64,000 nucleotides of DNA from the human T2T-CHM13v2.0 reference genome, Homo sapiens. Positions within the stretch are counted from its first letter, which is position 1. Every line of letters starts with the position of its first letter. A program made the translations under genes and the position numbers. A model generated the notes under the pieces. It was not told the DNA's origin. It was given only the letters and a program-made list of their open reading frames with translations, and searched no databases. This document shows positions 43,760 through 58,519 of the stretch, piece by piece. The stretch is from assembly GCF_009914755.1 (NCBI RefSeq), contig NC_060930.1, one strand, 5' to 3'.

Positions 43760-44290
43760 CTATTTCCAATCCCGTATGTCCTTCATAACCTTTCCACAGC
43801 CCCAGCTAGAGGTGGAGTCCACATTTCCCTTCTTCTTAAAATAGGGCAGGCTTTTGTGGCTGCCTGGATGAATGGAATATGGCAGAAGTGACACAATGTG
43901 TGACTTCTGAGATTAGGTAATAGGGGGTGATACAGCTTCTGCCTGTGTCTCTCTCTCTGTCTCTTTTGGGATGCTTGCCCCTGGAACCTAGCCACCATGT
44001 TGTGAGGAAGCCCAGAGCACATGAAGAGGTTCTCTGTAGTGTTCCAGCTAATAGTCTCAGCAACGTTTTCAGATGACAGATTGCCTCAACAACCAGACAA
44101 GAGAATGAATGAGATTTCAGATTATTCCAGCCCCCAGCTTTTGAATTGTCCCAAATGACATCTAGTGAAGTAAAATTAGCCATTCTAACCAAGTCCTGGC
44201 CAAATGCAGGTTTTTGAGCAAAATAAATGTTGTTATTGTTTAAAACCACTAAGTTTTGGGCTGGTTTGTTACTCAGCAGGCAACTCACAT
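43760..44290 (+). mobile_element. MLT1F/G-like LTR
   Basis: gaggtggagtc...atatggcagaagtgac...ttgagcaaaataaatgttgttattgtttaaaaccactaagttttggg. Confidence 0.75.
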
Positions 44291-47018
44291 ACACACTTAG
44301 CTTCAGGCCCCTTATCTTCAAATTGGTGGCAGAGTTGTATAATTGGATGACAATATGTATAAAACATATAGTATTTACTTTATACATTTACAGCTACTGT
44401 CTTTATGGCCGCAGAAGGCAAACATTTAGGAAGAGCTTGTTAAACACCCTATTTATGAAATATTATGCCTTGATGAAGAGTCAATAGACCTCTCTTTGAT
44501 GGCACAAAAGTTCAACAGTACCTAGCGTTCAGGGTTTTGTGTATGAAGCAATAAATTCAACAAAGAAAGAAAATACATGAAGAACTACAGCTATTGTTCA
44601 TTGGCCAGAGGAGAGTGTTCCTAAACTAGGTCAGTCATGCATTTACTATGAAGGGAGAGAGGGAAAAGTGACTCATGTTTGGTTAACTATTGGTACAATG
44701 ATAGATACATGCATGTCTGTTCTCTATAAGACTATTGAATTTCTGTGAAAAGCAACACCCTCCAACCAAACACCTTTTTCAAGTAGTTCAAGAGTCAAAG
44801 ATGAGAAGGGCTGGAACCCAAGGAATATAGATGGTTGAAGCTAAGGGATCAGGTCTGGGACAGATTCCTGGAAGTTTTCTATTGAAGTTTATTGGAAGCC
44901 TTTGTGTTCTCTCAACATCCGGAAACATTTTCACAGCTCTTTAAGGTACTGTCATCCTATTCTTTAGACCTGATTAAGGCTCTCAATGCTTGGTTCAGGA
45001 AAGTTGAAATCTGGAATTCTTCCACCTCAGAAATGTACCAAAACACAGGAAACCAAAGAGCAATACAAATCTATAGCCTCAAATAAACAGAACTCCTTTC
45101 CACATTGGTATAATTTGAAGAAGAGGTCTCCTCACTTAAGCCTCCCTTGGAGAATCCCCATCCTAATACAGGAAATATGTTTTCCACTTAATGAGGCCAC
45201 TGTCAAAAGCTTTGCTTTCCTCTCTTGACATTTTTCTTATTTGTTATCCAAGATGCTATGGAAATTAATGGCAGCTCTTGATCGTGAATCCATTCCCCCT
45301 ATATTTAAGGAATAAGCCTGCAATTCCTATAATCCTCATACCAAACAAGGATATCTTGATATTGAGCTCTGCTACTCCTACAAAGGTTGGTGTTTGGGAT
45401 CCTGACATAGCTGAGATTCCTCAATTATTACTCATCTGCCCTTCTGTTCTGGTTGTCTGAATGTTGAGTTTTGAATATAGCCTCTTAATAGGATAAGCTG
45501 GGCTGGAAAGACTTTAGAGACATCCCAAAATCTGTCATCCTAGCTCTCTGTTGGCTTCAATAATCACTCATGAATCCCAAACTCAAATATAACAAATTGA
45601 AAGCTTATGACACTAAAATGAAATCTGAGTCCTGAGGTTTATTAATTAGGGTCATGTACATCTGAGAACTTATGAAAAAAGTTTTTGCAAAATTACTAGT
45701 TTATAATATGTCAACAAAGTATGTTTTTAGAGCTCGAAAATTCCACACAACTAAGCATTTTAAAAACTGGAATGCCCAGGCCCCACTCTCAGATATTCTG
45801 ATTTAATTAGTCTGGGGGTAGGGCTCAGACATCAGAATTCTTTTCCCTCAAAGTTCTCGAGGTGATTCTAATGTTCAGTCAGGACTGACAACTTCTGACC
45901 TAGTGGTGCCCACAGTGGGAGATGTCCAACAGAATCACCAAAGGAGCTTGTTAAACAAACAAAGAAACAAATGAGCTCCCTGACCTCACTGTAGACTTGC
46001 AGCATCAGAGTCTCTGGGCTCAGGAGATGTGTGACGGGCTGGACCAACCACCGACAGTAGCACTTAGGACGTTGTTTCTCCCTCCTCTTTTTGTTTCCTT
46101 TTTCCTTACCTAAACTGGAAACTCCTTCACATCCTGGCCCCACTCCTACTTCCCACCCCATTTCTACACTGTTCTTCTTCACCTTCCATCCCTGCACAGG
46201 CCCTGAAAGAAGTGCACCATTTTGAGTTGTTCAGGGCATGGAGAGCCCATTTTGGATCAAGATGTCTGAAGAACCTCAAGTCAATGCAGCCATAAACAAT
46301 GCCAAGAACTTCACGTGCCAACTGATATTTTTATGGTTGCATCTCCACACAGAACTCTTAAGTTCTGCCAGGTGGGTCTTCCCTGAGGGTGACAGAGTGT
46401 GCTGTGACCGGGTACAGAAACCCTAGTCACTGGGCTCAAGTTCTCATGTGGTCAACCACAGGCCATATGTACCCAACCACATTTGTTCTCTCCAGCCACC
46501 TTCCTCTAGTCAGCCATGGTGAAAAATGTGGCTTCTTAAAAAATGCAGGGTCCTCATAAGGTCCTGTTTTGGGCTTTCTTGGCTGCGTGGAGTACCAGCA
46601 AGCTGTATCTCCACTCTCAACTATATGCAGGCACTTGGCCACTTGGGCAGGGTGGATCCACACAGCCAGATGGGCATCTTTACCAAGGGCCAGCTTGGTT
46701 CCAGAGACTGGGGATGTAGTGATGTGGTGATGAAAGAGACATGGTCCCTCTCTTGAGAAGCTATCACACAACAGAGGCAGCAAAAGGTAAAGACATGATG
46801 GCCAGGTCATCACTGAAGTGCAGTAGTAGTAGAGAATGGGTGGAGTGGGGACAGGAAGGAGCCCACCTAAGGGTTCACGGAAGGATTTGGGGCAGCAACA
46901 ATGCCTAATGTGAGCCTCAAAGGTAAGAGAGTTTATTCATACAAAGTGGCAGGTAAGGCCATCCAGGCAGAAGTGATGGCATAAGCACATGCCTGGAGGC
47001 TGGATTGCACAATGCAGG

Positions 47019-47437
47019 TGTATTAGGCTGTTTTTGTGTTCTGTAAAGAAATACCTGAGACTGTGTAATTTATATTGAAAAGAGATTTAGTTGGCTGATG
47101 GTCCTGCAGGCTGTACAAGTGCCATGCCAGCATTTGCTTAGCTTCTGGTTAGGGCCTCAGGAAGCTTATGATCATAGTGGAAAGCAAAATGGGAGCAGGC
47201 ACTTTCCATGGCAAAAGCAGGGGCAAGAGAGAGAGAGAGAGAGGAACCAGGATCCTTTAAACCACAGCTCTCCTGTGAACTATCAGAGCGAGAACTCACT
47301 CATTACCATGGGGAGGGCACAAAGTCAGGAGGGAACCAACCCCATGATCCAAACACCTCCCACCAGGCCCTGCCTCCAATATTGGGAATCACATTTCAAC
47401 ATGAGATTTGGCGGGGACACACATTCAAACCATATCA
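47019..47437 (-). mobile_element. MST (MSTB-like) MaLR LTR
   Basis: tgtattagg...aaagaaatacctgagactg...atttcaacatgagatttgg.ggggacacacattcaaaccatatca. Confidence 0.9.
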
Positions 47438-50400
47438 GTGGGTGTGCAGGGAATTCCAAGCAGATCTTCTTCATGCTCTATTAGGAAAACCCATGCAGAA
47501 TTTCTCTAGTTCCCTTTCTTCCTCCATTCTGAGGACCCCAGCCTAGTCACAGGCAAAGCCATAAGGCAGTCAAATGCTCATCTTCTGGGGGTCTCTGTGT
47601 CTTCCCAATCTGCTATCTCCACCATCATGCATCTCTAAACCCCTCAGCCACTCTTGGCCAGCATGCCTCTCCCCACTTGTATCTCTCAATGCCAACTCTG
47701 AAAGCATTCACATTTAAGTATGAATTGTTGGTAACTGCTAAGCACTTATTCCTCCTGGGGTACTTTTATTTATCATGGCCCAGATGTAAGCAACGAGATG
47801 AAGCTTCAATAGTGGGGTTGCAGGTGTCTGCCAGAAACTGATTAAAGAACTGGGAAAGAAGGAAGAAGGGCAACAATAGCTTCCTGGGGGTCCTGAAACC
47901 AGACATGTAGGTTTTTATCTAGTATCTCCTATGTGAGATCCTGCCAACTTGTTACTTCTGCAGCTCTGAAAAACTAGCTCACACAATGGATGCCCCAGAC
48001 CAAAGGGCAGGCACTCTTATCACAAAACTGCCTTAATTTCCATTTAAAATTTTCTATTTAAAATTACTTCAAGGCTGGTTGGAAGGGCAAGACTTCAAAA
48101 ACAACACATTCCTTTTTAATTAATTGGAGGCGGGTGACTATAGGAATGTTTTAGCTTTGCCGTTAATATGAGTGCTATGAATTTGTAATAGTGACATCTT
48201 CCTATACTTGTGCAGTAAGATCTTTGTTAGCAAGAATGTTTGGAGAAGCAAGATGTTCCCTGGTGAACTGAATTCCCTGGGTAGCCCTTTAAGCAATTTG
48301 GGGCAATGTAATAAAAAGCAGAAGATTAAGAGTTCTGCGTTCCAGACCTAGTTTTGGCACAAAGAGTTGTGTGACCTGGGGCAAGTAATTTTCCCTCTCT
48401 GGGTCTTAATCTTGTTATTTTTAAAGTGAATAAATTAGAAAAGATGGGCTTGAAAGACACTCTGTTCCTAAAATGTGGCTAGGAGAAGGTGAAAATAACT
48501 AAATCTTTTATTTGCACCTAAAAATTCCAATGGCTGAGTAGAGACTCCACAAGCTACTACAGTCCTCTCTCCCAGCACCATGCATGGCTCACAGCACGGG
48601 CTGGATAAATGTTTGCCGAGAGGATGAAAGAGCTTGTGGACTAGCATTCTATTCTGAAAACACAGGCAGCTGGATCTGCAGGGGAGGGGCCAGCACTGTA
48701 GATTGCAAGGAAAATCAGGCCACAAAGGAAGAACCACCTGTGACCACCTTTGCTAGCTGCTTCTGGGCTCTGCCTTCTCACAACTTCTCTGTAGCATCTT
48801 TCCATAGTATTCTCAGCACCTTACCTTAAAAAGCAGTTGAAGAAGCACCCTTTTTGGAAGGCTGTCCCCACCCCATGTCCCCGCCCCCACCCCCTCCTGC
48901 TCTATCCAACTCCTTCAGACTAGGGCAGTTGAGATCCAAAGACTTCAGATGACTTTTCCAAGGCCACATAGACGATCGGTAGGGATGGAGTTTGCTATTG
49001 AATGGAGATGGCTGAAATCTCAGTCAAAATCGTGAACGTATGTAATTTAGACATAATCAGGGAAGACAGGAAAAACAGAACTGAATCCTTTGGAAAGTCA
49101 TCTTCGAGAGATGTTCCTGCTAACCCTTGCTTATCTTTCATTTTATTCCCTTAAAAGAGTAAACTGCTGAAGACAGAGGAAGAAAAATCCTGCCTTGTTA
49201 TTGAATGGTATGGATTCACATTCACATCAAGGTTTTTTTTTTTTTTTTTTTTTTTAATCGTGGAGGATTTACTCAGGGTAAAGACAGAAAGCCACACTCC
49301 TACGACAGCTCCTGAGCTCCCAGGGGAAGGATAGAAGGGAAGCTGTGTAGCTGTCTTTTCTCACTATGTTCCTTCTTCTCCCGCCTAGGGTGATTGGGAG
49401 GATTAGGGGAGATAACACAAGTAAAATGGGGGCGCAGTGCCTGGCAGAAAGCACTCAGTGCATCTGCCATCTTCAAGGTCACTCTGCCCTCTGGGCCCAT
49501 TCCTCCTTCCTCCCTCTCCTCACCCCCAGCCAGCACATTAAAGGTCACAGGTCTGGAGAAAGTCCTTCTCTGCCACTGTGCAACAGGGAAATGTTTCTCC
49601 CAGCCAAGTGCCCCTGTCATGTGGGCCCACCCAACTAATTTCTTCTGAGCCCCTATAGAACTTACAGTGAAGACTGTGGTTAGTCCTGGATGATTATATC
49701 TTCTGCTTTAGAAGGGAGCTTTGAAAACAGCCTCACAATTACAGAAAAAAACCAAGCCAGTTTTTGTGTCAAGAAGACCCAATTTCGTTTTCTCAGCCTT
49801 GAAAAAAAATCAATTTGAACTTGCTGCTGGCTGAGTTATATGTTCAAGCTCAGACCGAGCTGTAATTGGAAAGGAGTCTGTCTTTTGTAATCCCCAGGCC
49901 AAAAGGGGAAATGAAAATCTTTTTCAAATGGCAGAGTAAGGCAGGAAATGTTCTCTTTATTGTACTCCCATAAAAAAATAAACCTACCCAGTAATTATAC
50001 CACACACACACAATAGTCCAGGCCCTCACCCAGGAAGCCACAACCTGAGATGAAGGAGTCAGTGGTTATTTTCAAAAAGGGAATTTTTCCAAGCCCTACC
50101 ATATTTTCTCTCACAAGTTCCTTTGCATTTACAAGAGACAGATTGCCCACCCTGCTTTTCTGCCTGACTGGTGGAAGTCAGACAACCTGCATACTGGTCC
50201 CAGTTGTTCTGCAAGATGAATGTGCCCTTGAGCAAGTCACTGTCTCGATCTGGCATTCTGCACCCTTACCTATGAAATGAAGGGACAACTAGACAATGCC
50301 TACATCTGAATTCTCTGATTCTCTTTATGCTCACTTGTTCATTGGGCACAAAGGAGTCAGAGGTGATCCCTGCTTATGAAAAGCTCTAATGTAAATTCTC

Positions 50401-51999
50401 CACTTTATGTCTAGGAGAAAAAACTGAAAGTGGCCATTATAAAAATACAAAACTGCCCCATTGGTGGACTCCAAAATAAATGAGGTACAGAAATTGTTCT
50501 TTTTCCTCTACTGGATCCTTTCTGTAAGTCTTAGAATTTGCTATGATGCTCTTGGGGCATTCAAATTCACAAGCACAAAAAGAACTACATTTTGGGTACC
50601 ACATTCTAATACTACTATCCACAGAGTGGATTCCTCAAATCAGCCATCTGGTATATAGAATATGTGAAAATGCATTTCCAGTTCTAGCAGAGATTGTTCC
50701 ATCCATAGGTCTAGAGTAGAAGTATATGTAATCGTTGACAATCAACAAAGCATATCACTTATATCTTATTTAGTTTGAAGGTGCCGAACAGGGTTGTTGT
50801 ACATGTTTTTAAAAAAATTTTATTATGGTCATCTCGTCTCCACCCCAACCCCCACCAAACTATTTCTACCCTCTTAAGCCAGGGTGAGCCAAAGTCCCAA
50901 CCTTTCCTTTACGTACAAGACCCACCTAAGGAAGGAAGCCTGCTATTGTTGGACTATGTTTAGAACAGATGATGCTACGTGATGAACTTCGAGCATTAAT
51001 GACAGATAGTCTTCTAGATCCTATCTAATGTTTAGGATCAGCCCCTTCAAATTGTTTTTTGATGGAGCCTCAGGAATGGCAAAGAAACATTGCAACTTGT
51101 GCTTCATCTGCCAATTATTGAAGGAGGCTGCTGGAAACATAATATAGAAAATTCTGAGGTCTCAACTAGGATTCGTAGGACAGAATGTAAGCATTATTTG
51201 GTGATGACATGTTTTATTTATAAAGTCAACCTTAGATGCAATTCTGCTGACTCTTCTACACAGAGAAGAGGCCTGCTGAAGAATTAAAAGATAAGAACAA
51301 AGCTAAAATGAGAAGCATAATTTTCCCCTATGTCCTCCTAGTTAGCTCTTATGGACCTTTCTGTAACATGAGTTTCTTCTACTAAGTTGTAAAACAGATC
51401 CTGTTTTACTTTTCTCTTCTCAGTCCTATGATACAGTTCAGGGCCAGACACATTTACTCTAGTTGTTCAAAATGTAGCCTGCATGAAAAGACCAGTGTCT
51501 CAGAGACATACCAAAGGGCAGAACAGAAACAAGGCTTAGAAACAAATTTAACATAAGTAGAGTATGGGTATCAAGGACTTTTACTGTATAGCGCTTGCAA
51601 TTATGTGATTAGCTTTCAGCAAGATGTGTTTTCTCTCTATCTTTTCAACCAGAAAATAATTTAAAAAACAAAGATAACTTGAATTGGCCTCAAAGCTGTC
51701 TCCATCTCTGTAATTGGGAATAATAACAGCTGCCCACCTACTTCACGAGTTCTCTGTGAGGATCAAAGGTGCTCTGAAAGGATGACATACAATAATGGAA
51801 CCTACCACTGCCATATCCTGTCTTCTTTGTTAGTGGATTGAAATTCCAGCTAGAACACAATGTCCTACAGCTCCAGGGTCCTCTTGTAAGTTTATCTCTC
51901 AATCAAGTCTCATTAAGAGCTTTTTATCTCTCCCCTGGAACTCCCAGAAAAGGCCCTAAGAGGGATAGTTTTCTTGTTAGGAGGAAATTCTGGGTTGTC

Positions 52000-52168
52000 T
52001 GCAGCCTTGCTGCTCAAAGTAGGTCCACAGACCAGCAACATCAGCATCCTTTAGGAGCTCATTAGAAATGAAGATTCTCAGGCCAGCCCCATACTTACTG
52101 AATCAGAACCTGCATTTTCAGTAAGACCTCTAAGTGATTTATGCCTCTTAGTGTTTGAGAAGGCTGGT
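52000..52168. mobile_element. MER5-type hAT MITE
   Basis: gctcaaagt.ggtcc...gagctcattagaaatg...actgaatcagaacctgcatttt. Confidence 0.75.
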
Positions 52169-53093
52169 CTTCAGAACCTTTGCAAGATAAAGGCCTCATA
52201 CAGCAACAATCGGAAGACCTTTAAAACCGATGCATTGGGTCAGTGATAGCCAGCTTTTCTTTTTCATTTAAAAAGTGCATCTTTGCACATCCAGATTTCA
52301 CATAATTCTTGGTTAGGAAAAACAAAAAGAAAAACAAAAACAAAACTCCACTCTTGTTCATAGTAATCTGGCCCTACTGGGTTCTAAAAATGTCAGTGAA
52401 TCTCTGCCAAATTTCCATACCTCGTGCAGAGGAGGAGCCTGCTTGCAAATAACAATGGCAGCCAGGTGCTGAAAGTGGACACTGAAGCTGAAACTGGAGC
52501 TGAGGTTAAATTATTTATTGAAATTCCATGACTTGGCTTGTCTGTTAGAAGCCAACCAAACCTAGAGTCACTGAGCATGTTCATCTCGAACAGGCCCCAT
52601 CCTGCACCCCCTGAAGTTACCTGCCTCTTTGCCTGTGGGACCAGTCAGATGTCGGACCCTACCTCCAGGGGTTAAGTTATGGAAACATGACATGGCTGGG
52701 TTAGTAAACTGGGCTCTCTAAAGGTGCTGTCCTGAGAGCTCCTGATGCCCATGGCTGAGCAGTTCAGTGGCTTAGCAGTCTGCCTCTGTGCAACCTCTAG
52801 TTCATAGAAAGCCTGCCTGTTGCAGGAAAAATAACTCGCTTGCAGCTAACTCTTTCTTTTCATTTTTTAAAATGAACACCCTTTGTCTCAGGGTTTCTAT
52901 TTGTATGACAGAGAGAAATGTGTTTTTTTGTGGGTGTTTTTGTTTGTTTGTTTGTTTTTGCCAACCAACATCCCAATATATATAAAATGAATTAAACCCT
53001 GTAGATATATATTCCTTTTACAATATAATCACTAATATTTGATCCTCAAAAGCAAAATACTATGAAAACATGTTCATCAATAGCAGAATAGGT

Positions 53094-53434
<341 letters not shown>

Positions 53435-53613
53435 TTAAAAGCATGAGTTTGATTCTTATGTATTATTCTAGAGGGAGTGTCACAGTAGGAGAAAAAGGCA
53501 AATGACAAAGTAATAAGAACAGTGTGATCCCTTTTTGTATTTAAAAACAAAATCTTGCATGTGTTCGTATTGTACGTGTGAGAGAGAGGAGATATATATA
53601 TAGTTTTATATAT

Positions 53614-53920
53614 AAAACCACCAGGCTGGGAATCAGAAATCCTGGGTTTCTGTCCTTATGCTCCCCTGAGAAGTGGGGGCTGCTCATCTCTGGGCCTCTG
53701 ACACCTTCTCTGCCTATCAGTCAGAGTGACAGCAAGGGTCAAATGAGACCATGTGCATATAAGGGCTCTGACCAGTGGAAGTGATTATAGCTTCCAGGCA
53801 CCTATGGAAAGATGAAGGTTAATATAACAATTATATTTATATATAGGGCAGAATGAAATAAATGGTAAATAGGAGACTCAACAATATGTTTTTCATGTCT
53901 TGGGAAGCAGTGTTTACTAC

Positions 53921-53922
<2 letters not shown>
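53614..53922 (+). repeat. Copy 1 of a ~309-bp dispersed direct duplication
   Basis: About 94% identical by eye to 55406-55713. Confidence 0.95.

Positions 53923-54018
<96 letters not shown>
53921..54018. repeat. (TG)n(TA)n(GA)n compound microsatellite
   Basis: Seen directly. Confidence 0.95.
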
Positions 54019-54019
<1 letters not shown>

Positions 54020-54149
54020 GGCATGCCATAGAGAGGAGTTGAGGGCAGGACCTGATACTGATAACATCAGTTTCTTCAGGTGGGTGCATTCAAGGGGTGT
54101 GTGAAAGGAGAGTCTTCATATTTTCTTTATGTGGTTTCAAGCAAAGAAA

Positions 54150-54460
54150 TATTTGAAACCCTTGGGACCAGATGTGTTTCAAAATTCAAAATATTTTGGA
54201 ATGTAGAAAGGTAACATGTGTGGATATATATGTAACCCCATCCCCACCCCCTGCAGGCTCTGGGACACCACACTGCTGTAATCAAGTCTGTTATAATCAC
54301 ATCTCCACAGCACCAAGTGGGGCAAAGATGGACTACAAATCATCTCTAAAGTTCAAGGAAGTTTTGCCTCAAAGTGAATTTCCACAAACTTATGAAAGAA
54401 CTTACAGTTTTCAGAGCTTTTTGAATTTCAGGATTACAGATAAAGAATTGTAGACCTATA
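54150..54460. mobile_element. Tigger-family MITE (MER46C-like)
   Basis: gaaacccttggg.ccagatgtgtttc...ttgaatttcagga...agataaagaattgtagacct. Confidence 0.55.
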
Positions 54461-55405
54461 TATTTCTTTAAGGTTTGAGTTGTCACAGTCATCTTGTATT
54501 TTTAAAACAAATAAAGTAAGCTAAAAGGGAGGTGACAAAAAAAGAAAGAATATATGAAGAGGAAAACCCCTCTGATCTGCCCTTGGGTCCCTTTACTTGT
54601 GCCTCCAAAGGCTCTGATTTAGAACTGGAGAGTGAGCAGGATGTAGCTTTGGTGAGGCACACTCAGGGGTCGGCCTGACCTGGGGACTGGAAACCCCAGC
54701 AAATTCAAGCCCACTAGCCTGCCATGTAGCAGATACAGGAGAATGGCAAATAAAGATGAAAGAAAGACTTTTAATGAAATAGAAAGTAACTTAGGTGCCA
54801 AGGAGTAACCAGATCCTAAAGTGATGCCCACGTGGCTCCTGTCATTCGATATGCAACTGAAACAAAAGTATTTCTGTCAAAGTTAAAATGTATATTTTAA
54901 CTTTGGCCAACAGTGACTGTCCAACACATGTATAGATGGCATCCTCAGTCCAGTGTGCCAGGAACCAGTGGTGCCCTCAGATTCTCATTGGGGCAGGCAA
55001 GTGCTTGTTTCTGTCTAGGTCTCTATCAATATGGACATTTATTTTAAATATATATGTATATAGTTATGTTGCTAATCTTAAAAAAAATCTTGAAATGTGC
55101 TTTAAATCCAAGTATATCAGATTACAAAGAACAAGACAATATGTTACCTGTCAATCTCTAAGGTGCAACTGCTGTACAACTTGAGCCAAGTTAGCTGGAG
55201 CCTTCATTTCTCTTACTATGAAATAGGGGTACAGTACCATTCATCACCCTCACTTGAAAGGTATACAATATAATTAAAAAGTGCTTAAAAGTCTTTGGCT
55301 TAATTTATGTTGTAAATTATAAATAGCCTATTTCTCTATGTTATATAGGTAAAGGACCAGGGCCTGAATGTCATAAAGAGAATGTAAATGATCAGTGATG
55401 GAAAA

Positions 55406-55713
55406 AAAACCACCAGACTGGGAATCAGAAATCCTGGGTTCCTGTGCTGATGCTCCCCTAAGAAGTGGGGGCTGCTCATCTCTGGGCCTCTGACACCTTC
55501 TCTGCCTATCACAAAGAGTGACAGCAAGGGTCAAATGAGACCATGTGCATAGAAGGGCTCTGATCAGTGGAAGTGATTATAGCTTCCAGTCACCTATGGA
55601 GAGATGAAGGTTAATATAATAATTATATTACGTATACGGCAGAATGGAATAAATGGTAAATAGGAGACTCAACAATATGTTTTTCATGTCTTGGGAAGCA
55701 GCGTTTACTACTG
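55406..55713 (+). repeat. Copy 2 of the ~309-bp duplication
   Basis: Aligns end to end with 53614-53922. Confidence 0.95.
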
Positions 55714-55814
55714 GGTGGGACATCGGAAAAGTGTCCTTTCATTTTTATTATTTCCTTGGTAGATTTGTTTTTTGTCTGCTTGTTTCTTTCTTTGTTAAAT
55801 GTGTAGTGTGAGTA

Positions 55815-55910
55815 GACATCCCAGCTTGCCTAGGACTGGGGGAATTCCAGGACTTTCAGGATTTAAAACTGGGAAGGTCCCTGGAAAACTGGGATGAGTT
55901 GGTCACTCTA
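55815..55910. mobile_element. MER81/MER94-like hAT-Blackjack MITE
   Basis: catcccagcttgcctaggact...aaactgggatgagttggtcactcta. Confidence 0.6.
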
Positions 55911-55980
55911 TGTACATGCATTTCTACTTTCAGAAAAGAATTTGAAGGCATGGTTAGACATAGAAGCTTACATTTAATAA

Positions 55981-56030
55981 AGGTTGGTGCAAACGTAATT
56001 GCTGTTTTTGCCATTACTTTTAATAGCAAA
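55981..56030. mobile_element. MADE1 (mariner MITE), partial
   Basis: aggttggtgcaaa.gtaattgctgtttttgccattacttttaat.gcaaa. Confidence 0.8.
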
Positions 56031-57928
56031 CTCATTCATACAATGCCCATGCACAGACAGACTTTATTCAATTCAAAGCAGTTAAAAATGTCAAATAACC
56101 CCTTCTTAGTACTTTTGGTTCATCGTACTACAGTTTTGTCCTTCACTGGATCAAACATAGTGATTCTCAGTATTAATAATCACTCCAGACTCTGTCTAAG
56201 TATTCAAATGGGTAATGGACATTATAATGGCATAGACCTATGAGGTTTCCTAACATTAACTAGAATAGACAAAAGGCAGCTTGTCGGAAAATAACACTAA
56301 CAACAACAAAAGGGATATTGCTGATGCTTTTTAGGGCTGGATGTTACGTGTGTGCTGTATGTATGCAATGTGCATATTGTCTTCCCATGTTTGGTTGACT
56401 TTTCATTGCTAAATGAGCAATGTAGTTCATACAGATCTGCCCACATATCAAAAGAATAAATTATTTCCTTTCAGGGCTTTGTCTTTTGCAAGAAAGTGGT
56501 GTTTAAACTATATAGTTGATTTATAATAAATATTTGTAACAAATATTTATTTTAAATAAACAGATTGGGTGATTATTTTTATTTCACCCTTGAATAACAA
56601 GGATTATAGTAACTTTTTCATTCTTTATTTTTGACTTTGTGGCCTTTTGGATTTTGCATGCTTTTTCCTATGACTCCACTTCAGGTGTTTATAGTGAAAC
56701 ATAAACCTCTTTTTATCAAATTCCAGTGCAAGCTTTAATGACAAGCTTATTGTAATTATTCTTGCTACATTCAAATTGTAATGAATCAAAATGGTATGTG
56801 GCTTTTTTTGAAAGATGATCTTTTAGTTGCTATTTCAACAAACCCCCCAGATCTGGAGCCCAGCTACCTTCCCTCCATCTTTTGTAAATTAAAAATAAAA
56901 AAATGGATATGATACAATATCCTAAATTATTTCTTTGGCCCTTTTGAGCCCATACTCAGAACCCTCCAATGACTTTTCACTAATAATAGGATAAAATTCA
57001 AACTCCTTGAGCTGCCTCTCAGGGACCCTTTCTTTTTCCAGGGTTATAAATTCTCCCCTTTCAAGACCTCTTCCCCTGCCTCCCCTCCCCTCTAGGCAAA
57101 CAGCTTGCCCACCTCCTCTGACTAGGCTCAGGTTGGCTATGTCTGCACTTTTGTTCATGTCATTTCTCTCTTTTGGACAGCATTATCTGTCTCTACTTTC
57201 AAATACTAACTCAGACCCCATCTTCCCTGGAAATCCTCTTCAGACTACTTCTATTAGAATTATGTTGTGTATAGTTCATTTCATTCATTCACTTGACAAA
57301 TACTAAACATCAACAATGTGTGGGGTGCTGTTCTAGGTGCAAGGGATGCCCAGTGGGTTTCCACTCAGCGTCTTTCCCTGTAGCTTGCTGCAGTGGTGGG
57401 GTTTTTCTCTGGAAGCAACAGAGCAAGAAGACAAAAGACAATAGCAGGGAAGCTCCTGGGCTTTGGGTCTGACTAGGCTTTGCCACTTACTAGGGTTGTA
57501 ATCTTGGGAAAGTTTCCTGGCTTCAGTTTGCTCCTCAGTAAAGTAGAAATATGGTGTGGTACTTAAAAAGTTGTGGTGTGAATTTATTGTCCATGTAAAG
57601 CATTTAGGGATAGTTTGTGGTGCAAAATAACTGCTCAATAAACAGCACTACATTATGATCTTATACCTGGTCTGACCCATCTATGGTGCCTTTTTTCCCC
57701 TCAGTGCTTTCCATATCCGAGAACTTAGTGTTGGGCTTCCTCGTCATTGTGTGATAAAATACTCTTCTCTTTGACTGGGGATGGCTAACAATGAGTGATT
57801 CCTGAGCAGGAATCGTAAGCTTTCCAATAAAAATATATGTGGGGATTCTTAAATATTTTAAATATTTCAGTGAAGGTCTATGGGGATTCTAGGAAGTATT
57901 CAACAATATTTATTAAGAACTTCTAGAA

Positions 57929-58082
57929 CAGTGGTTCTCCAATGTTAGCATGCATCAGAACCATTTGAAAGCCTTGTTAAAACACAGTAGGTCCAGGGTG
58001 GGGCCCAAGAATTTGCATGTCTAACACTTTTACAAGTGATGCTGAGGCTTCTAGTGTAGGGTCCACACTTGGAGAACATCTG
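57929..58082. mobile_element. MER5A hAT MITE
   Basis: cagtggttctc...gagaacatctg; TSD t(t/a)ctagaa. Confidence 0.85.
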
Positions 58083-58113
58083 TACTAGAAGTTGGGATTG
58101 AAAATAATTATGA

Positions 58114-58519
<406 letters not shown>

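Noticed and set aside
43836-44387. 183-aa ORF, the longest in the track
   Set aside because: Lies mostly within an MLT1 LTR.
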